Assembly (NCBI GenBank): GCA_001002325.1
Contig: LCNZ01000001.1
Span: 67,773-131,772, forward strand
DNA from: Candidatus Amesbacteria bacterium GW2011_GWB1_47_19
GTDB taxonomy: Bacteria; Patescibacteriota; Microgenomatia; CAZETR01; Amesbacteraceae
DNA length: 64,000 nucleotides
Reading direction: 5' to 3'
In this document: piece after piece, positions 8,356 to 20,566 of the stretch
Layout: each line of letters begins with the position of its first letter
Position numbering within the stretch: position 1 is the stretch's first letter
Program-made: the position numbers and the translations under genes
The notes under the pieces: model-generated
What the model was told of the DNA's origin: nothing
Databases searched by the model: none
Seen by the model: only the letters and a program-made list of their open reading frames with translations

Positions 8356-10866
8356 TCAGGAGTTATTTGAGTGTCGGAGGAGGGCGAGCTTGGCTAGTTC
8401 GGTGGCGAAAAAGTAAATAAGGACCAGGCTGAAAATCAGAAACAGGTGGAAGGCAGACGGGGGTGTGAGACTAAAAGTACGACTGAGGGGGGTAAAGGGG
8501 AGGATGACCGCAGTAAAAGCGGCGGCAACCGTAAGATAGAGAAGGGGCCGGGAAGGAGCAATCCCTTTATAAAAAGGCCCGGAGGTGCGGATGGAGAATA
8601 GCAAGGCCAGCTCGGTCAAGGTACTGCCGATAAACCAGTTGGTGCGCAAAACCTGCGGTGAGATACCTTGAAACAAGGCGAAGAAAGCGAAATCATCCAG
8701 AGTACTAATAGAGCCTAGTATGACGGCCATCAGCATTAGACGCCGGATGTTGAAACGGACGGGGTGGTTGAGCTGGGTATCTGGAACATTGTCTGTGGCA
8801 ATAGAGATCATGGGAAAATCTGAAAGAAAATTGAGCAGCAATATCTGGATCGGAAGCAGGGGCAGATATTTGATCAACAATGAAGCCGTGGCCAGAGCGA
8901 AAAAATTACCGAAGTTGGAGGTAAGAGTGGCTACTATGTATTTACCCACGTTGGAGGTTACAGTCCGACCGATACGGATACCTTCGATAATGACATTTAG
9001 GTCCTTTTCCAGCAGGATAATATCCGCGCTTTCTCGGGCGACGTCGGCCGCTCCGGCCACGACCAGACCAATGTCCGCGCTATTGAGCGCGACAGCGTCG
9101 TTTATACCTTCACCCAAGAATCCGACGCTGTATTTTTTTTGGAGAGTGTCAATGATTTCATTTTTCTGAAGAGGGTTGACCCGGGCAAAAACCGAGAATT
9201 CAAGAACTGCCTCAGCGAGCTGGTCGGGTGATAACTTGTCCAGTTCAGTGCCGGTCAAAACCTGATCCGGCTGTGAGATCAATCCAATTTCAGCAGCGAC
9301 AGCCCCGGCTACTTCAGGACTGTCTCCGGTAAGTATTTTTATCCGGACCCCTAATTGCCCGGCGGATTTTACAGCCTGGAGGGCCGTGGACTTGAGCCGA
9401 TCAGAGAAGGCGATCAGGCCGATCAATTCGAAACCGGGTGTGGATTCTTGCCGGGACAGGGAGAGACTTGCAGTGGCTTTTTTTTGGGCAACTGCCAGCA
9501 AGCGGTAGCCCATGCGATTGGCACCGGCAGTCCACTTACGAAGGGAGGAATCCTGACCGAGCGGCAGAGCTGAGCAAAGAGGCAGAACTACCTCGGGTGC
9601 TCCCCGAAGAATAACCAAATGACGACGACCGGTACGAACGAGAGCGGAGGTACAACGGCGGACCGGGTCAAAAGGTAATATGGTAACCGGAACTAATCCG
9701 AATAAAACCTGACGCCCGCTATCCGTTAAATTTTCCCGGAGAGTGATGTCAAAGGGATCCTGTGAGGAAGCGGGAACGCCAGCCAAGGCCATAGCGGTTA
9801 CCGGTACGGAAGAGGCGGAAAAATTGTCGGATAAGGTCAGGCGGTTTTCAGTAAGAGTGCCTGTTTTGTCGGTACAGAGAATTTGAATACCACCCAAGTC
9901 CTCTATCGAGGATAATGTCTTGACCACTACTTTATTTCGGGCTAACCGGGAGGCGCCGCGGCTAAGGGAAAAAGTCATCACCACCGGAAGGGCTTCAGGG
10001 ATGACGCTTACCGCTAAAGCGATAGAAAACACCAAGAGGGAGACCGGGGAAACCGAACCACCTTTGAGAACCAGATTGGCCACAAACAAAAAAACCAGGG
10101 TGATGACGACCAGACGGAGAACGAACCGGCCGAAGCCGGATAAATCGGTTTCGAATGCGCTGATTTGACCGGAAACCATCGCCCGGGAGACTATTTGTCC
10201 AAAAGAACTGTCCAATCCGGTGGCAATGACTGCCGCCCGAGCCCGGCCTTTGATGATACTGGTGCCCGAGAAACCGATGTTTTGAGCCTGATAGAGATCA
10301 GGTGCAGGCAAGGACAAGGGGGAACTGCTTTTTACGACCGGGGCTGATTCCCCGGTGAGAACTGACTCGTCTATCACTAATTCGGTGACGGAAATAAACC
10401 TGACATCTGCGGGCAGAATGTCACCCGGTTCCAGCTCCAGAATATCCCCGGGGACCAAATCCTGAACGGGGATATTCACAATGTTACCCGAACGGATGAC
10501 CCTGGAGTGAGACTGGAGATACTTCTGCAGAGTTTTCAGAGTCCGGTCGGACCGATATTCCTGTAAAAAGCCCAAGGCTGTGTTGAGAAACACAAAAAGC
10601 ATGATTATGGAGGCGTCAAGAAGGCTTTCTAATAATCCGGAGACCACAGCTGCCAGGATAAGAAGATAGATAAAAGGGGAAGTGAACTGGCGGGAAAGGA
10701 TGTGCCACCACTCGACCTGCCGCCGGGGAATAGAATTGGGTCCGGAGGATCTGAGGCGCATGACGGCTTCAGCAGCTGTCAGACCGGAATTCCGGCTGTT
10801 TAGGTTTGTCAGTGTTTTTTGAACAGACAGTGCGGAAAATTCCGACCAGATCATACAAACTATCAT
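8356..10866 (-). CDS. cation-transporting P-type ATPase (P2/P3-like, Ca2+/Mg2+ type)
   Basis: Contains the phosphorylation motif CTDKTGTLTENR, the TGES-like actuator region, TGDSPEVA and GEGINDAVAL hinge motifs, and about 10 TM segments. Confidence 0.85.
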   Translation of the reverse strand: MIVCMIWSEFSALSVQKTLTNLNSRNSGLTAAEAVMRLRSSGPNSIPRRQVEWWHILSRQFTSPFIYLLILAAVVSGLLESLLDASIIMLFVFLNTALGFLQEYRSDRTLKTLQKYLQSHSRVIRSGNIVNIPVQDLVPGDILELEPGDILPADVRFISVTELVIDESVLTGESAPVVKSSSPLSLPAPDLYQAQNIGFSGTSIIKGRARAAVIATGLDSSFGQIVSRAMVSGQISAFETDLSGFGRFVLRLVVITLVFLFVANLVLKGGSVSPVSLLVFSIALAVSVIPEALPVVMTFSLSRGASRLARNKVVVKTLSSIEDLGGIQILCTDKTGTLTENRLTLSDNFSASSVPVTAMALAGVPASSQDPFDITLRENLTDSGRQVLFGLVPVTILPFDPVRRCTSALVRTGRRHLVILRGAPEVVLPLCSALPLGQDSSLRKWTAGANRMGYRLLAVAQKKATASLSLSRQESTPGFELIGLIAFSDRLKSTALQAVKSAGQLGVRIKILTGDSPEVAGAVAAEIGLISQPDQVLTGTELDKLSPDQLAEAVLEFSVFARVNPLQKNEIIDTLQKKYSVGFLGEGINDAVALNSADIGLVVAGAADVARESADIILLEKDLNVIIEGIRIGRTVTSNVGKYIVATLTSNFGNFFALATASLLIKYLPLLPIQILLLNFLSDFPMISIATDNVPDTQLNHPVRFNIRRLMLMAVILGSISTLDDFAFFALFQGISPQVLRTNWFIGSTLTELALLFSIRTSGPFYKGIAPSRPLLYLTVAAAFTAVILPFTPLSRTFSLTPPSAFHLFLIFSLVLIYFFATELAKLALLRHSNNS

Positions 10867-10974
10867 ACTACCCTAAAAAGTTGTAACTACTCCCCCGCCG
10901 GGAGGGTGAATAAAACCCGAAGGTGCGAACTTATAGTCTATGTTCGGGTTTGTTACGGTTTGGATTGACTTTTA

Positions 10975-11721
10975 ATGTTTTTGGAGATATACTGCAGGCA
11001 GTTCTCCCGTTATACCGGGAGATTTTTTATGGTGAACAAGAATTGGAAAATTTGGGTTTTTAGAAAAGCCGTGCCGGTTCTGAAAAAACAGGCGACTCCC
11101 CTACCAGTCAAGGAGTTGGCTTTCAGAGCCATAAGGTTTGCCGTTACCTGCGGACGCAGCCACCCGGTGAGTTTTGCTCTGAGACCGGTACTTGGACACA
11201 GGCAGCTGCGAAGTGCTTTGGGGCTGGGGATAGCTGTGGGAGCAGTGGTAATGGCGGTTTACGGCCCGTTACCGGCCGGAGCGGGAGATCTGGGAGGACC
11301 GGTGAGTCTAGCTGATATGACCGTTTCTGCGGAGGTGAGTCTGACCACCAAGACAGGAGTGAGATTGCCTCTGGATGTTTACGGGATAAGTCAAAAATAC
11401 TGGCTGCTGCACTCGGGGATAGATATGAGAGCGCCGCTAGGGGAACCGATTCATCCGATTATGTCCGGAAAAGTAATGAAGGTGGAAAAAGAGTGGTTTG
11501 GATATGGGAATATGGTGGTTATCACTCACGGGGCGGAGTACCAGAGTCTGTACGGCCATCTGTCTAAAATATTGGTCAGGGAAGGCCAGGTCGTGACGAC
11601 TGGCACGATAATCGGGGAAGTGGGGTCTACCGGCAGGTCCACCGGACCGCATCTGCACCTGGAAATACTGGAAAACGGAAGAACGGTTAATCCGGCGACG
11701 ATTCTGGGGATTAAACTCTAA
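10975..11721 (+). CDS. M23 family metallopeptidase (LytM-like)
   Basis: HSGIDM...GYGNMVVITHG...GSTGRSTGPHLHLEI..NGRTVNP are the HxGxD and HxH M23 motifs. An N-terminal hydrophobic segment is present. Confidence 0.85.
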   Translation: MFLEIYCRQFSRYTGRFFMVNKNWKIWVFRKAVPVLKKQATPLPVKELAFRAIRFAVTCGRSHPVSFALRPVLGHRQLRSALGLGIAVGAVVMAVYGPLPAGAGDLGGPVSLADMTVSAEVSLTTKTGVRLPLDVYGISQKYWLLHSGIDMRAPLGEPIHPIMSGKVMKVEKEWFGYGNMVVITHGAEYQSLYGHLSKILVREGQVVTTGTIIGEVGSTGRSTGPHLHLEILENGRTVNPATILGIKL

Positions 11722-12283
11722 ATTCTTTCCCGTGGCCGGGGATAATAAAGTCAGATAGAGATAGAGATAGAGAACGAGATTGTTTAAGTTGTTCAAAATC
11801 GGAGGCGAATTCGTCGGGAGAATTAACGTCAACTACCTGCTTCTCCCCCACTCTCCACCAGTAAACATCCCCACCAACCAGAATCCGGCCTTTGGCGGTC
11901 GATACCAAAAGAGAGGCATGATCGGGTGAATGACCGGGGGTTTTTATAATTTTAATATCTGTTTGCGGTAAAGTGTTTTCGGTTAAATCTCCTCCCAATG
12001 AGCCTTTCTGCCATTGGAGGGAATTAAAAACGGTAGCATTTTCGAAAATTCCAGCCAATGAGCAATGATCGGGGTGATAGTGGGTGAGAAAGACATAATT
12101 AATTTGGCTTGTTTTCAATCCGGCCTTGGCGAGTGAGGTGAGAAGTTTTTGGCGGTGGCAGCCGGGATCGACAATAATCTTTAATTTACCGGTATTGATT
12201 AGGGTTGTCGTGGAGGTGGCATCCCAAGTGCTGTCGGGATTAACCCGAGCGTAGCCTTCAACCAGAACTTTAATATTATTCAT
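11711..12283 (-). CDS. MBL-fold metallo-hydrolase
   Basis: THYHPDHCSLAGIF (the HxHxDH motif) with a beta-lactamase-like layout. The C-terminal LSLSLS is encoded by a (GATAGA)3 repeat. Confidence 0.7.
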   Translation of the reverse strand: MNNIKVLVEGYARVNPDSTWDATSTTTLINTGKLKIIVDPGCHRQKLLTSLAKAGLKTSQINYVFLTHYHPDHCSLAGIFENATVFNSLQWQKGSLGGDLTENTLPQTDIKIIKTPGHSPDHASLLVSTAKGRILVGGDVYWWRVGEKQVVDVNSPDEFASDFEQLKQSRSLSLSLSDFIIPGHGKEFRV

Positions 12284-12567
12284 TTACCAGGCTGTAAATC
12301 GGAGCGGACGGCGCGGTCGAGGTAAATTTTGATGAGAGATTGATAAGGCACGTCCCGGCGATTGGCAGCCATTTTAATATTATCCAGGAGATGCTGGGGA
12401 AGGCGAAGTGAGATGGTTTGGGTTGAAAATTTGAGATTGGGAAAACTTACATGCCTGGCTTTAGACCAGTCAAAATACAATGAGGAGTCTGCCCTATTCC
12501 AAAAGTCCCGTTCTTCATCCTCGTTTTTAAATTTGGGGATGGGTAAAAGTTTATTTGATTTTTTCAT
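12280..12567 (-). CDS. brnA: BrnA-like antitoxin (CopG/RHH type II TA)
   Basis: Small protein immediately downstream of, and overlapping, the BrnT-like ORF. Its C-terminal LRLPQHLLDNIKMAANRRDVPYQSLIKIYLDRAV is typical of BrnA. Confidence 0.6.
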   Translation of the reverse strand: MKKSNKLLPIPKFKNEDEERDFWNRADSSLYFDWSKARHVSFPNLKFSTQTISLRLPQHLLDNIKMAANRRDVPYQSLIKIYLDRAVRSDLQPGK

Positions 12568-12850
12568 ATAAATTGCGCTCTTTTTGATTGGCGCTTCTGG
12601 CAGAAATGATTCTAATTTTGTGGTTTCGGATGGTGAAAATGATATTTAATAACTTGTTTGATTCGGAATTTCCTATTAATTGGAATCTTTTTTCGGATTG
12701 CGAGTGGCTTGGGTCGAGTGCCAACACACTGGCAGGATCTTTGAAAGTCGACTCGCTATCTTTTTGGCTAACTTGGTGTTTTAACCAACTTTTTTCAATG
12801 TTCCCTGCGTCCCAGTCAAATTCCAAGGCAGCGTCGAATTGACCGGGCAT
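12551..12850 (-). CDS. brnT: BrnT-like ribonuclease toxin (DUF497)
   Basis: FDWDAGNIEKSWLKHQV...FTIRNHKIRIISAR matches the BrnT FEWDxxK..KHGV pattern. Confidence 0.6.
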   Translation of the reverse strand: MPGQFDAALEFDWDAGNIEKSWLKHQVSQKDSESTFKDPASVLALDPSHSQSEKRFQLIGNSESNKLLNIIFTIRNHKIRIISARSANQKERNLYEKIK

Positions 12851-12924
12851 ATCATTTGTATATTGCTATAATATACATGTTGAGACTATTTTGTCAAGAA
12901 GTGGAGAATAATAAATTTCATGGC

Positions 12925-13536
12925 TTAGTGGTGGATTTCCCTAGAATTATTGTTGGTTTCAATAATTCGTTTAGCAGCTTCCAAGCCATGCCAGATAAAG
13001 CTTTGTATTCCTAGCTCTCGAGCTATTTGGATATTTTTTTCAGAATCATCGAAATAGACTGTTTGTCCAGGGGCTATGTGCTGTTCATTGAGAAGTGCTT
13101 TAAAAGCCTCCGGGGAAGGTTTGACATGTCCTGTCTCCCAAGAGAAATATGCCCTATCAATGTTTGAAAAAATTTCAGAAAATTGTTCACGATAGTAGGT
13201 AGTCCGCTCCTTAAAGTTGTTTGAAAGGATAAACACCTTTGTCCCCTGCTCCCTAAGTTGCCGGGTATATTCCACCAGTTCAGGAACTAAATGCTCTCCG
13301 GAAAACCAAAAGTTGAAAAATCCCGTTTCGTTCAAACCTACATTCCATTTTTTCAGATGTGATTCCCAGAGAGAAAAAGCGGGGGGAGCATCGGGCAGAC
13401 GAACTTGATCCATGATTCCTTTCATTACCTGAAAAAATTCCTTATTGGGAACTCCGTAAGTTTCTTCAAACCGATCGCTTAAGTATCGGCTTTCAAGAAA
13501 AACACCATTAAGATCAAATATTACAGCCTTGTACAC
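12925..13536 (-). CDS. HAD-superfamily hydrolase (subfamily IA)
   Basis: Motif I AVIFDLNGVF, plus the C-terminal YFDDSEKNIQIARELGIQS motif IV. Confidence 0.75.
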   Translation of the reverse strand: MYKAVIFDLNGVFLESRYLSDRFEETYGVPNKEFFQVMKGIMDQVRLPDAPPAFSLWESHLKKWNVGLNETGFFNFWFSGEHLVPELVEYTRQLREQGTKVFILSNNFKERTTYYREQFSEIFSNIDRAYFSWETGHVKPSPEAFKALLNEQHIAPGQTVYFDDSEKNIQIARELGIQSFIWHGLEAAKRIIETNNNSREIHH

Positions 13537-13565
13537 TGTGATATTTTATCTGAAGATCAGGGGGT

Positions 13566-14306
13566 TTAGTAGTCTTCCATTCCGCTTAGGCTAGCGGGGA
13601 CTGGCTTGGCTTGAACCCAAATTTGGTTAAAAAAATCTGACATTATTTTACCAAAGGGAGGATAAACAAAGCGGACACCAAGAGCTTCATCCTTGTTGGT
13701 GGGATTATAGGAGGTTACAAAAACGATGCAGGAGTCGATAATAATAATTCGGGAATTAACAGAGGGGTAAAATTTAACCTTCAGGCCATTTTTTATCCAA
13801 TTATGGATCATTTTCAGGTTGTCTTTGTCTATCCGCTGAACTATCAACCGAATACTTACTCCCCGTTTTATTGCTCGAGTGTTTTCTAACACCAGCTCTG
13901 CGGGAATTTCGTCTCCTGAGACTACAAGACAGACTTTCTTACGTGAGCCTCTCTGGTCAACGATGCTGGTATCCAAAAGCTCATTTCGATTATTAAGAAA
14001 GGTGATACCAGGCTGTTCAAGTATGATGTTTTCTTTTTGAGAGAAAGTGCTTAAGAACCAGTCTTTTTGAGGTGCGAGAAAAAGATTTACTGCTTGCTGG
14101 GGGGCGATTGCTTTAAAGGTCGCCGGCTGGTTTCTGTTTTTTATCACACAGCCCAAATTAATAAGAGGCTTGAGGGCGCGATAGACGGAATGTGGCCAGA
14201 TGTGAAGACTTCGTCCAATGTCTGTGGCAGTCATCTCTCCTCCATCAAGAAGAACTTGATAGATCTGAGTGGCCTGTGGGGGAATTTGAGCCGATAGGCC
14301 TTTCAC
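13566..14306 (-). CDS. TrmB-like transcriptional regulator (wHTH + C-terminal domain)
   Basis: N-terminal winged HTH (ATQIYQVLLDGGEMTATDIGRSLHIWPHSVYRALKPL) followed by a longer C-terminal domain. Confidence 0.5.
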   Translation of the reverse strand: MKGLSAQIPPQATQIYQVLLDGGEMTATDIGRSLHIWPHSVYRALKPLINLGCVIKNRNQPATFKAIAPQQAVNLFLAPQKDWFLSTFSQKENIILEQPGITFLNNRNELLDTSIVDQRGSRKKVCLVVSGDEIPAELVLENTRAIKRGVSIRLIVQRIDKDNLKMIHNWIKNGLKVKFYPSVNSRIIIIDSCIVFVTSYNPTNKDEALGVRFVYPPFGKIMSDFFNQIWVQAKPVPASLSGMEDY

Positions 14307-14364
14307 TAAAGAACGATTTTAGCGCTTTTTGGTTAATTTGCTAGAGAGGTTTATATTATGAGTC

Positions 14365-14637
14365 ATGATTAAGGATATATTGATTAGGGGAAGGGAGGCA
14401 GCGGCAAAAAGGGTATGTAATTTGAATGTAAGCCCCAAGCTGGCGGAGACGATTACCAGTAAAAGACAACAGGAAGAAATTGATGCAGTACTGAGAGGTA
14501 TTTGGGCAGATCCGGCAACAGGGCCCGGGTCAGAAGCTGAAAGAGAACACTGGAGAGTACATGGGCACGATTACATGTCCACTGTTATCCAAAGGGTGAG
14601 GAAACAAGTAATTGGGGGGGCTAAGGGTAAAAAATAA
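14365..14637 (+). CDS. hypothetical protein
   Basis: 90-aa ORF with a plausible RBS and no recognisable motif. Confidence 0.3.
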   Translation: MIKDILIRGREAAAKRVCNLNVSPKLAETITSKRQQEEIDAVLRGIWADPATGPGSEAEREHWRVHGHDYMSTVIQRVRKQVIGGAKGKK

Positions 14638-14646
14638 CCAGAACCA

Positions 14647-16610
<1,964 letters not shown>

Positions 16611-16685
16611 GCTTAAAAAATTCTAGCAGATTATCCGCTAGACTGCCAGTGTTTATACCAAAGAGTGGATTCAGATGTCAAGAGG

Positions 16686-17012
16686 CTAATTACAGGGAGT
16701 GATCGTTACCGTTGTTCTCCTATTGTTATTCCAATCTACATCCAGTGAAATGTTTACATCTAAACCATATTTCCTTAAATTTCTCCGAATAGAGATTGCG
16801 GTTTTTTCAGCCTCTATATTCGGAGGAGTCAAGCCCGTATAACCCTCAAATACAAGGGTAGCGCCATCGCTTCGATGGATTATCTCTGCCACTTGGTTCG
16901 CCAATTCTTCATATGGACTTTCTCTGTGTCTCGTGGCATGACTTTTGGCGCGTTTATTTGTGGTTTCAATTTCACGTCTGTTGGCAGCTCTTATTTCAGT
17001 GAGAGGAGACAT
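16686..17012 (-). CDS. hypothetical protein
   Basis: 108-aa ORF with no recognised motif. Confidence 0.3.
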   Translation of the reverse strand: MSPLTEIRAANRREIETTNKRAKSHATRHRESPYEELANQVAEIIHRSDGATLVFEGYTGLTPPNIEAEKTAISIRRNLRKYGLDVNISLDVDWNNNRRTTVTITPCN

Positions 17013-17067
17013 GAGAAGAAAATACCTTTACCTTGATTGGTTGTCAATAGGCTCGCTATCTATATAT

Positions 17068-18087
17068 TTAACTGAGGCGGGAGAGGTCGGAGTGGACCAT
17101 CATGGACACTAATTGTTTGAACGAAGTTTTGGGTTTCCAGCCCAGAATCCGTTTTATTTTTGAAGCATCGGCGACAAGCGGCCCTGTTTCGGTCGGCCGG
17201 TTCCATTCGGGGTTGATGACGACATGATCCTGCCAGTTTAATCCGACTTCGGAAAAGGCGGCTTCACAGAACTGGCGGACGGTGTGAACCTGACCGGTAC
17301 CAACCACCCAGTCATCCGGCCGGTCATGATGCAATATAAGCCACATAGCCTCCACATAATCCCCGGCAAATCCCCAGTCGCGCTGGGCGTCAAGATTGCC
17401 CAATTCGAGTTTACCCAGGGCATTAATCACCGGACGTCCTCCCTGGGCGATGGGGAGGCGTCCGCCTTTTAAGCCCAGTTTTATGGCTACTGCCCCCAGG
17501 CTGATTTTGCGAGTGACAAAATCAGGACTGCGCCGGGGACTTTCATGATTGAACAGAATCCCGGTGGAGATAAACAGCTTGAAAGATTCGCGATAAATTT
17601 GAGCATCGAAATGAGCCAAAGCCTTAGCCGCGGCATAGGGATTGGCAGGATGGATGGGAGTGTCCTCGTTTTGAGGGATAATTTTAGTTTTTCCAAAAAG
17701 TTCGCTAGTACTGGCCTGATAAAGACGAGACCTCGGAGTAACATTGCGCACGGCTTCGTAAATTCTGAGGGCTCCAAGGCCGGTCTGGTCGGCGGTTGCC
17801 AGCGGCTGGAGCCAGGACTCGTGGACATGTGACAGGGCTCCCAGGTTGTAAATTTCATCGGGCTGAATTTTTGCCAGATACATAGACAAACAAGCGGGGT
17901 CTGCCAGGTCACCGAAAGAAAATTCAATTTCATGCCGCAGGTGGGCCACGTTACCATAACTAGGATTACTGTTCCGGCGTAACAAACCGTGAACTTTATA
18001 GTTTTTCTCCAGCAGGAATTCGGCCAGGTAGGAACCGTCCTGACCGGTAATACCGGTGATAAATGCTATTTTTCGTTTATCGGGCAC
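17068..18087 (-). CDS. gmd: GDP-mannose 4,6-dehydratase
   Basis: KIAFITGITGQDGSYLAEFLLEKNYKVHG Rossmann N-terminus and the full-length GMD pattern. Confidence 0.9.
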   Translation of the reverse strand: MPDKRKIAFITGITGQDGSYLAEFLLEKNYKVHGLLRRNSNPSYGNVAHLRHEIEFSFGDLADPACLSMYLAKIQPDEIYNLGALSHVHESWLQPLATADQTGLGALRIYEAVRNVTPRSRLYQASTSELFGKTKIIPQNEDTPIHPANPYAAAKALAHFDAQIYRESFKLFISTGILFNHESPRRSPDFVTRKISLGAVAIKLGLKGGRLPIAQGGRPVINALGKLELGNLDAQRDWGFAGDYVEAMWLILHHDRPDDWVVGTGQVHTVRQFCEAAFSEVGLNWQDHVVINPEWNRPTETGPLVADASKIKRILGWKPKTSFKQLVSMMVHSDLSRLS

Positions 18088-18120
18088 AGCGTGATTATAC
18101 AGGGGATCATTCGATTGTGC

Positions 18121-18984
18121 TCAAGATGGATTCCTTTGGGAATTCGGGTGAAAAAAAGCAAAACCCAAACCGATGTGTTCGGAGGTCATTTTAGGTTTCA
18201 TATATAAATACTGAAGAAGGAAGAAGAAAAGATTAAGAGGGTAAAGGAGCCAAGTCAAATTTTCAATTTTTAATTTACAATTTTCAATCAAATTCGATTT
18301 TCCAAATTTTTTAAGGCTTTCTTGATAAGCCACGGGTAAGTATTCACTAGCCCAGGGGTTGGCGGCAAGAAATTGGTGGTGGATGGAGGATTTATCAAAA
18401 AGCGGGCGGGCCTGGAGAATTTCGTGGGCGGTATAGAGATTTTGGGGCCGGATATTAAGATGGCCGTAATCCAGATATAGGTTGTCGCAGATTTTATCGC
18501 GGACGCGGGGGGATGAATGCTCCGGCAGGCGGGGAGGGCGACGATAAGACTTGGGTGAGAGATAGAGATAAAGGATAAAACGGGTGATCCACAGAGTGTG
18601 GGGTATGGTAATAACCATGATATCGATGTCGTCGTTTTCGGGGCAGTTATTCATGGCCAGAGCTCCGGTGATAAAAACCGCCCGAATAGTGGGGAAACGC
18701 CGGAGTGACTCCCCTACCCTGCGGGCGATAAGCCATTTTTTCCGGCTGTATATTTCACGCTGCCTGCGAATCGGGATTAATTTTTGTCGATGGGGAAGAA
18801 AACAGTAATTTTCAATTTTAAATTTATAGTTTTTAATCAATCTATTAATTTCCAATTTTGAAAAATGCGTGCGGATCTGCCAAAACCAAAGTTCTTCAAG
18901 GGTGAGAGGATAATCGAACCGATCTGAATAGCGAAGTGCCGAAAGAAGAAGACTACTGCTCCGGCAAGGCTGTGGAGATGCCAT
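18121..18984 (-). CDS. nucleotidyltransferase-domain protein (minimal NTase-like), hypothetical
   Basis: GALAMNNCPENDDIDIMVI resembles the Pol-beta-type NTase GS...DxD motif. Heptamer-repeat insertions sit near both ends, and the C-terminal approximately 30 aa are probably repeat-derived. Confidence 0.4.
   Translation of the reverse strand: MASPQPCRSSSLLLSALRYSDRFDYPLTLEELWFWQIRTHFSKLEINRLIKNYKFKIENYCFLPHRQKLIPIRRQREIYSRKKWLIARRVGESLRRFPTIRAVFITGALAMNNCPENDDIDIMVITIPHTLWITRFILYLYLSPKSYRRPPRLPEHSSPRVRDKICDNLYLDYGHLNIRPQNLYTAHEILQARPLFDKSSIHHQFLAANPWASEYLPVAYQESLKKFGKSNLIENCKLKIENLTWLLYPLNLFFFLLQYLYMKPKMTSEHIGLGFAFFHPNSQRNPS
18256..18310. repeat. AT-rich heptamer repeat at 3' end of NTase-like gene
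   Basis: caaattttcaatttttaatttacaattttcaatcaaattcgattttccaaatttttt. Confidence 0.75.
18806..18860. repeat. AT-rich heptamer repeat near 5' end of NTase-like gene
   Basis: aattttcaattttaaatttatagtttttaatcaatctattaatttccaattttg. Confidence 0.75.
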
Positions 18985-20566
18985 AACCGGATAATATCTG
19001 GTTTATCTCTGTTGTTAAAGAATTAACATCCAATTCACCAAGTAAGGCTTTGGAAAATGCTTCTGATAAACGGGAGTTTATTCCCGATTGACCATCGTGG
19101 GTAAATGAAGCCAGGTACCAGGATTTGGCCAGGGGGGCTTGGGAAATAAAGGGGCCGATGAACGGATCACTGACAGCCTGACCTGATAATTCCATGCGGC
19201 TGAAAGGCTCGCCGAAGTCCCGGCCGCTGCTGACAGCCTGATCGTAAAACTTATTGAGAGAATCGGATGAGCTTAAAAATTTGACCAGTTCCCAAGCCAT
19301 TTGGGTATTCGGACTTTTGGCGTTTACAGATTCTACCCAATATGCAGCCCAAGTCACGGGTTGTTCTCCCCGAGAGGGGTCTACCGGCAGTTGGGGAATA
19401 GGGTAAACGGAAAAATTGAGATTGGGGTTTAAAGTCTTGATATCAAATACCCGCCATGAGGGACCGAAATAAAAGCCAGCCTTACCCGAGGCAAATTGAG
19501 TGGTGGAATTGGGAAGAGAGGAGTCCCAGATATGGTAAAGGGAAGAAAATCCTTTAAAGTAGTCAAGAACATCCGTGGCTGCAGAGGCATTGGCGGCAGG
19601 GTTGCCGGGATTGACGTTGTTCTGATACATGAGGACCGAAAGTATGTCCTGCCAATGATCAACGTTTTCAGTGTTACCTAAGGCTGCGCCTGAGATCAGG
19701 ATCCTGCCTTCGCCGGTACATTTACCATCCTCCGAGTCACAGCGGGACATGGCCAGGGCGGCTGCACGCAGGTCATCCCAATTTTGAGGAACACTGAGAC
19801 CGGCTTGCTGAAGCAGATCGTTGTTGACGAAAAGGCCCAGGCCATCAATTTCCAGGGGGATAGCATAGTAATCGCTGCCTACGCGCAGATCGGATTTGAC
19901 CGCAGGATAAAACAAAGTTTCCATGTCCGACGCAGTGTAGATATTTTCAGGAACAGGACTCAGGCTGGATCGCAGCATAGGTATCCAAGTGTTGTGAATA
20001 CGGAAAATGTCTGGCCCACGTCCCTGACTGAGAGCTGACTGCAGACGTTCGCGGTACTCCGGGGGAGATTGCATTTGGTATTCGACTTTGACATTGGGGT
20101 GAACCGTTTGAAATTCGTCCAGGAGAGGCCTAATAACCTCCTCCGGTTCCCAAAGCCCCCAGTAAGTCAAAGTTACCGGCCCGGTACGGATGGGGAATTT
20201 AAAGAAACGGGAAACGGCAAAACCCACGCCGCCTATAATGGCCAATCCCAGGATAAGAAATAATATAAGGCGAAGCGGGAAAAACCGGCGGCGGGGAGGC
20301 GGAGGAGGAGCGGTAACGGGAGGAGCTACCGCGGCAGACGAAAAAGGAGGCGGGGGTGGAGGAGGAGGCGGGGGAAGCGGTTCCGGTGCCGCAGGCGGAG
20401 GAGGAGGTGGTGGAGGTGGTTCAGAAGCCTGAAAAACCGATCCGCCAAATGTCGGAGGTGACTGAGGAAGTGTCTGGTCCATATCCAAAAAGTATACAAC
20501 AAGCCGGCCGGTCTTGGATATATAATATGACGATGCTAATTCGCAAAAGCAAATCGCTGGTGACAT
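18953..20566 (-). CDS. extracellular solute-binding protein (ABC transporter, family 1-like) with Pro-rich N-terminal region
   Basis: A poly-Pro stretch and a TM anchor are followed by an SBP-like domain. The true start is probably an internal Met. Confidence 0.55.
   Translation of the reverse strand: MSPAICFCELASSYYISKTGRLVVYFLDMDQTLPQSPPTFGGSVFQASEPPPPPPPPPAAPEPLPPPPPPPPPPFSSAAVAPPVTAPPPPPRRRFFPLRLILFLILGLAIIGGVGFAVSRFFKFPIRTGPVTLTYWGLWEPEEVIRPLLDEFQTVHPNVKVEYQMQSPPEYRERLQSALSQGRGPDIFRIHNTWIPMLRSSLSPVPENIYTASDMETLFYPAVKSDLRVGSDYYAIPLEIDGLGLFVNNDLLQQAGLSVPQNWDDLRAAALAMSRCDSEDGKCTGEGRILISGAALGNTENVDHWQDILSVLMYQNNVNPGNPAANASAATDVLDYFKGFSSLYHIWDSSLPNSTTQFASGKAGFYFGPSWRVFDIKTLNPNLNFSVYPIPQLPVDPSRGEQPVTWAAYWVESVNAKSPNTQMAWELVKFLSSSDSLNKFYDQAVSSGRDFGEPFSRMELSGQAVSDPFIGPFISQAPLAKSWYLASFTHDGQSGINSRLSEAFSKALLGELDVNSLTTEINQILSGYGISTALPEQ

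Noticed and set aside
10867-10975. Possible Mg2+ riboswitch (M-box) upstream of the P-type ATPase
   Set aside because: The leader is only about 108 nt with two simple hairpins. That is too short for an M-box and I recognise no conserved M-box sequence.
20190-20432. 80-aa Gly-rich plus-strand ORF
   Set aside because: It is the antisense reading of the poly-Pro region of the solute-binding-protein gene and is a low-complexity artefact.
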